Positions 12,524-15,296 of a stretch of 15,296 nucleotides of DNA are shown piece by piece. The notes beneath the pieces are model-generated. The model had not been told where the DNA came from. It did no database searches and worked only from the letters and a program-made list of their open reading frames with translations. The stretch spans positions 1-15,296 of the forward strand of contig CAVFPH010000027.1 in the NCBI GenBank assembly GCA_963624325.1, written 5' to 3'. This DNA is from a bacterium. Lineage in GTDB: Bacteria > Bacillota > Clostridia > Christensenellales > Aristaeellaceae. The first letter of the stretch is position 1. Every line of letters starts with the position of its first letter. The position numbers and the translations under genes are program-made.

Positions 12524-14119
12524 TTGACCAAATTTTTATCGTGGCTGATTGTCAGCCTGCCTGTGCTTTCCGCCGCCGCATCCGCACTGCTTTGCGCCAG
12601 ACGGCTGCTGCACTATTTCCAGCTGGAAAGCTACCAGTTTTACGGCTACTTCAAAACCATTGCACGCCAGTGGAAAAAGACAATTGTTCCCTTTGCCCTG
12701 CTGGGCATCCTGTTCTTCGGCCTTTCGTACGCAATTGCTTGGATGCACAGCACGCTTCAGACGCAGCGCCTTTTCCTGCAATGCGCCGCAAGCGTTCTTG
12801 CCTCGGCGCTGATTGCGGCAATCGGCTGCTTTACCGCATCCTGTCAGCGCAAAACCAAGGAAAAGAAACCGTTTGTGATGACGGCGCGCATGAAGCGCCT
12901 TTACGCCGTTCTTGCGGTTGTTACCCTGGGCTTTTGCCTGATTTCCGCGGCTTTCGTCGTGCTGATGCCCCTGCTGACGGCGCTGTCGGCCCTGATTGCG
13001 CTTCCGCTTGAAAAGGGAATTCAGCGCATGTACATGCGGGATGCGCAGCGCAAGATGGATGCGCAGACGGGCCTGATCCGAATCGGCATCACGGGCAGCT
13101 ACGGCAAAACAAGCGTAAAGACAATTTTGAACACCCTTCTGTCGCAAAAATACAATGTGCTGATCCCGCCTGCCAGCTTTAACACCCCCATGGGGCTTAC
13201 GCGCGTGATCCGCGAAAGGCTGGAGCCTGCCCATCAGGTTTTTATTGCCGAAATGGGCGCGCGCCATCGCAAGGATATCAAAGAGCTGACCGATTTTATT
13301 CATCCCACCATCGGCGTGCTTGTATCCGTCGGACCGCAGCACCTGGATACATTCAAAACGATGGAAAACATTATCGATACCAAGTATGACCTGATCCGTG
13401 CCCTGCCCGATGACGGGTTTGCCGCATTTTCGGATGACGGCGGCGTATGCGCCGATCTGTATGCGAAAACCACGCATGTGAAAAAGGCGATTACCAACCG
13501 CACAAACGGGGATGTATGGGCCGAGGATATGCGTCTGTCCAACATGGGAAGCACGTTTACACTGTGCTTTGCCGACGGCAAACGGCTTCCCTGCAATACC
13601 CGGCTGCTTGGCGCCCACAACATCGGCAATATCCTGCTGTGCGTCGCGGTGGCAAAGCACCTGGGGCTTTCGGATGCGCAGCTGCAGCGGGGCATCAGCC
13701 TGCTGCAGCCGGTGGAGCACCGTCTGCAGCTGATTCCAAGCGCAGGGGGCGTGACGATCATCGATGACGCGTTCAACAGCAATCCGCGCGGGTCAAAGGC
13801 AGCGCTGGATGTTTTCTCCCGCTTCCCGGGCAGACGCATTATCGTGACCCCCGGCATGGTGGAACTGGGACAGCAGGAGGCAGCCTTCAACCGCGAATTC
13901 GGCTGCCGGATGGCTCAATGCGCGGATGTGTGCGTTCTGATCGGCAAAAAGCACACCCTGCCCATTCAGGACGGCCTGCGTGACGCGGGCTTCAACATGG
14001 ACAACATGCATGTATTTGCAAGCCTTGCCGAGGCCACCGCATGGCTTCGGGGCTTTATGCAGGCGGGCGATTATGTCCTTTACGAGAACGATCTGCCCGA
14101 CCATTACACCGAGAATTAA
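12524..14119 (+). CDS. MurF-type Mur ligase (UDP-MurNAc-tripeptide--D-Ala-D-Ala ligase-like) with an N-terminal polytopic membrane domain in place of the usual N-terminal domain
   Basis: Residues 188-196 form the P-loop GITGSYGKT. AEMGAR, LLGAHNIGN, VEHRLQ, IDDAFNSNP and TPGMVELG match Mur-ligase central and C-terminal motifs, with the D-D-x-[YF]-N-[AS]-N-P motif pointing to MurF. Residues 1-162 carry 4-5 hydrophobic helices separated by K/R-rich loops. The start is TTG 12524, with a GAGGT RBS 8 nt upstream, 11 nt after the hydrolase stop codon. Confidence 0.8.
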   Translation: MTKFLSWLIVSLPVLSAAASALLCARRLLHYFQLESYQFYGYFKTIARQWKKTIVPFALLGILFFGLSYAIAWMHSTLQTQRLFLQCAASVLASALIAAIGCFTASCQRKTKEKKPFVMTARMKRLYAVLAVVTLGFCLISAAFVVLMPLLTALSALIALPLEKGIQRMYMRDAQRKMDAQTGLIRIGITGSYGKTSVKTILNTLLSQKYNVLIPPASFNTPMGLTRVIRERLEPAHQVFIAEMGARHRKDIKELTDFIHPTIGVLVSVGPQHLDTFKTMENIIDTKYDLIRALPDDGFAAFSDDGGVCADLYAKTTHVKKAITNRTNGDVWAEDMRLSNMGSTFTLCFADGKRLPCNTRLLGAHNIGNILLCVAVAKHLGLSDAQLQRGISLLQPVEHRLQLIPSAGGVTIIDDAFNSNPRGSKAALDVFSRFPGRRIIVTPGMVELGQQEAAFNREFGCRMAQCADVCVLIGKKHTLPIQDGLRDAGFNMDNMHVFASLAEATAWLRGFMQAGDYVLYENDLPDHYTEN

Positions 14120-14138
14120 GCTGGAGGCGTGATTGAAT

Positions 14139-15296
14139 ATGGCAAAAAAACAATTGGGCGTGATCTTCGGAAGCCGCACCTGTGAGCACGAAGTATCGAT
14201 TATCAGCGGCGTGCAGCTTGCCCGCTCGGCAGATCGGGAAAAATACGATGTCTGGCCGATCTATATTGCAAAGGACGGCCGCTGGTATACGGGGGAAAAG
14301 CTGCTGGACATCCATACCTATACGCCTTTTGACCCCTACGCCAAAGGCATCACCCGCGTTACCCTTGATTTGACCGCGGGCTCCGGCGCGCTGATCAGCT
14401 ATGAACCCGAAAAAGGGCTGTTTGCGAGGGGCGTTGTGCCCGTGACGGTTGCAAAGCTGGACTGCGTGATCCCCGTTATGCACGGTCTGCACGGCGAGGA
14501 CGGCACCCTGCAGGGGCTGCTGGAACTGGCCAATATTCCCTATTCCTCCACGGGCGTCGCGGGCTCTGCCATCGGCATGGACAAAATCATGATGAAGCAG
14601 GTGTTCCGCGGAATGGGGTATCCCATCCTGCCCGATACCTTTGCCCTGCGCAGCGAATGGCGCGCATCCCCCGATGCGGTGATTGCCCGCGTGGAGCAGG
14701 CACTGCCCTATCCTGTTTTCTGCAAGCCGGCCTGCCTTGGCTCCTCCATCGGTGTCAGCCGCGCAAACGACCGCGATGGGCTTCGGGAGGCGCTGGATCT
14801 GGCCTTTACCTATGATCGCCGTGTGCTGATCGAAAAAGGCCTGGACCGCCCCATTGAGGTCAACTGCTCCGTGCTGGGCTTTGACAGCGAGGTTCGTACA
14901 TCCGTTACCGAAATGCCCACCACATCGGGCGGGGAACTGCTGAACTTTGCCGACAAATACCTGTCGGGCGGCGGAAGCAAGGGCATGGCTTCCTTAAAGC
15001 GCATTATGCCCGCACCTGTAGGGGAAGAACTGATCCATAAAATCGAATCGCTCTCAAAGCAGATTTTCCGCGCGCTGGACTGCAAAGGCGTTGTGCGCAT
15101 CGACTACATGATCACAAAGGATGATGAGCTTTATATCACGGAGATCAACACCATCCCCGGTTCGATGGCGTTCTACCTGTGGCAGGAAAGCGGCATTCCC
15201 TATGCGCAGCTGATTGATAAACTGGTTGAATACGCGCAAAAAGCTTTCGCGGAAAAGAACGAAAACAATTATGCCTACACATCCGATATCCTAAAC
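14139..15296 (+). CDS. ddl: D-alanine--D-alanine ligase (ATP-grasp), 3' end beyond the window
   Basis: This frame is not in the ORF track because it runs off the window edge. It is open from ATG 14139 (TGGAGG RBS upstream) to 15296, 386 codons. It reads MAKKQLGVIFGSRTCEHEVSIISG...MHGLHGEDGTLQGLLELANIPY..TGV..SAIGMDK...PVFCKPACLGSSIGVS...VNCSVLG...DKY...EINTIPGSMAFYLW. These are canonical Ddl motifs, including the retained Lys-Tyr of the omega loop. Confidence 0.93.
   Translation, partial: MAKKQLGVIFGSRTCEHEVSIISGVQLARSADREKYDVWPIYIAKDGRWYTGEKLLDIHTYTPFDPYAKGITRVTLDLTAGSGALISYEPEKGLFARGVVPVTVAKLDCVIPVMHGLHGEDGTLQGLLELANIPYSSTGVAGSAIGMDKIMMKQVFRGMGYPILPDTFALRSEWRASPDAVIARVEQALPYPVFCKPACLGSSIGVSRANDRDGLREALDLAFTYDRRVLIEKGLDRPIEVNCSVLGFDSEVRTSVTEMPTTSGGELLNFADKYLSGGGSKGMASLKRIMPAPVGEELIHKIESLSKQIFRALDCKGVVRIDYMITKDDELYITEINTIPGSMAFYLWQESGIPYAQLIDKLVEYAQKAFAEKNENNYAYTSDILN

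Noticed and set aside
12536-13720. A 394-aa ORF antisense to the MurF-like gene. Similar long antisense or overlapping ORFs occur at 945..1547, 4632..5483, 6497..7525, 5360..5941, 8962..9471, 9482..10036, 10033..10737 and 11011..11712.
   Set aside because: These are expected by-products of high GC content, because few stop codons arise opposite real genes. Their translations are Arg/Ala/Gly/His/Gln-rich and low in complexity, with no recognisable motifs and no RBS. Each is fully covered by a strongly supported gene on the other strand.
1-15296. A search for CRISPR repeats, IS elements/transposases, integrases, tRNA/rRNA genes, toxin-antitoxin pairs or known defence-system genes.
   Set aside because: I saw no spaced direct repeats, terminal inverted repeats, DDE/tyrosine-recombinase-like ORFs or cloverleaf-type sequences. 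RmuC here has the ordinary housekeeping architecture and operon context, not a defence-island context.

Overview
This is a GC-rich chromosomal window (high-50s % GC by eye, not computed). The gene order points to a Firmicutes/Clostridia-type genome: rpsF-ssb-rpsR, ireB-ruvX-DUF1292, ybaB-recR, strong GGAGG-type RBSs and extended -10 (TGn) promoters. I support 18 CDS:
- rpsR (5' end only), ssb and rpsF on the minus strand
- rpiB
- a secreted discoidin-like/LmbE-like protein
- DUF1292, ruvX and ireB
- a secreted ComEC-type MBL hydrolase
- a fused MacB/FtsX-type ABC transporter
- a translationally coupled ybaB-recR-tdk-rmuC operon
- an apparent four-gene operon of GNAT, alpha/beta hydrolase, membrane-anchored MurF-like ligase and ddl (3' partial)

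I also found several sigma-A-like promoters, four intrinsic terminators and a candidate rpsF autoregulatory leader. I saw no tRNA/rRNA, CRISPR array, IS/transposase, integrase, phage gene or recognisable defence gene. Most of the window is ordinary housekeeping, and I cannot honestly claim a clear novel system.

The items most worth a second look are:
1. The MurF-type ligase, whose N-terminal domain is replaced by about 165 aa of transmembrane segments, and its operon context.
2. The secreted discoidin/LmbE-like protein with substituted catalytic motifs.
3. The MacB-type ABC transporter with a very large extracytoplasmic domain, next to a secreted ComEC-like MBL hydrolase.

All family assignments come from motif recognition by eye and need profile searches to confirm.
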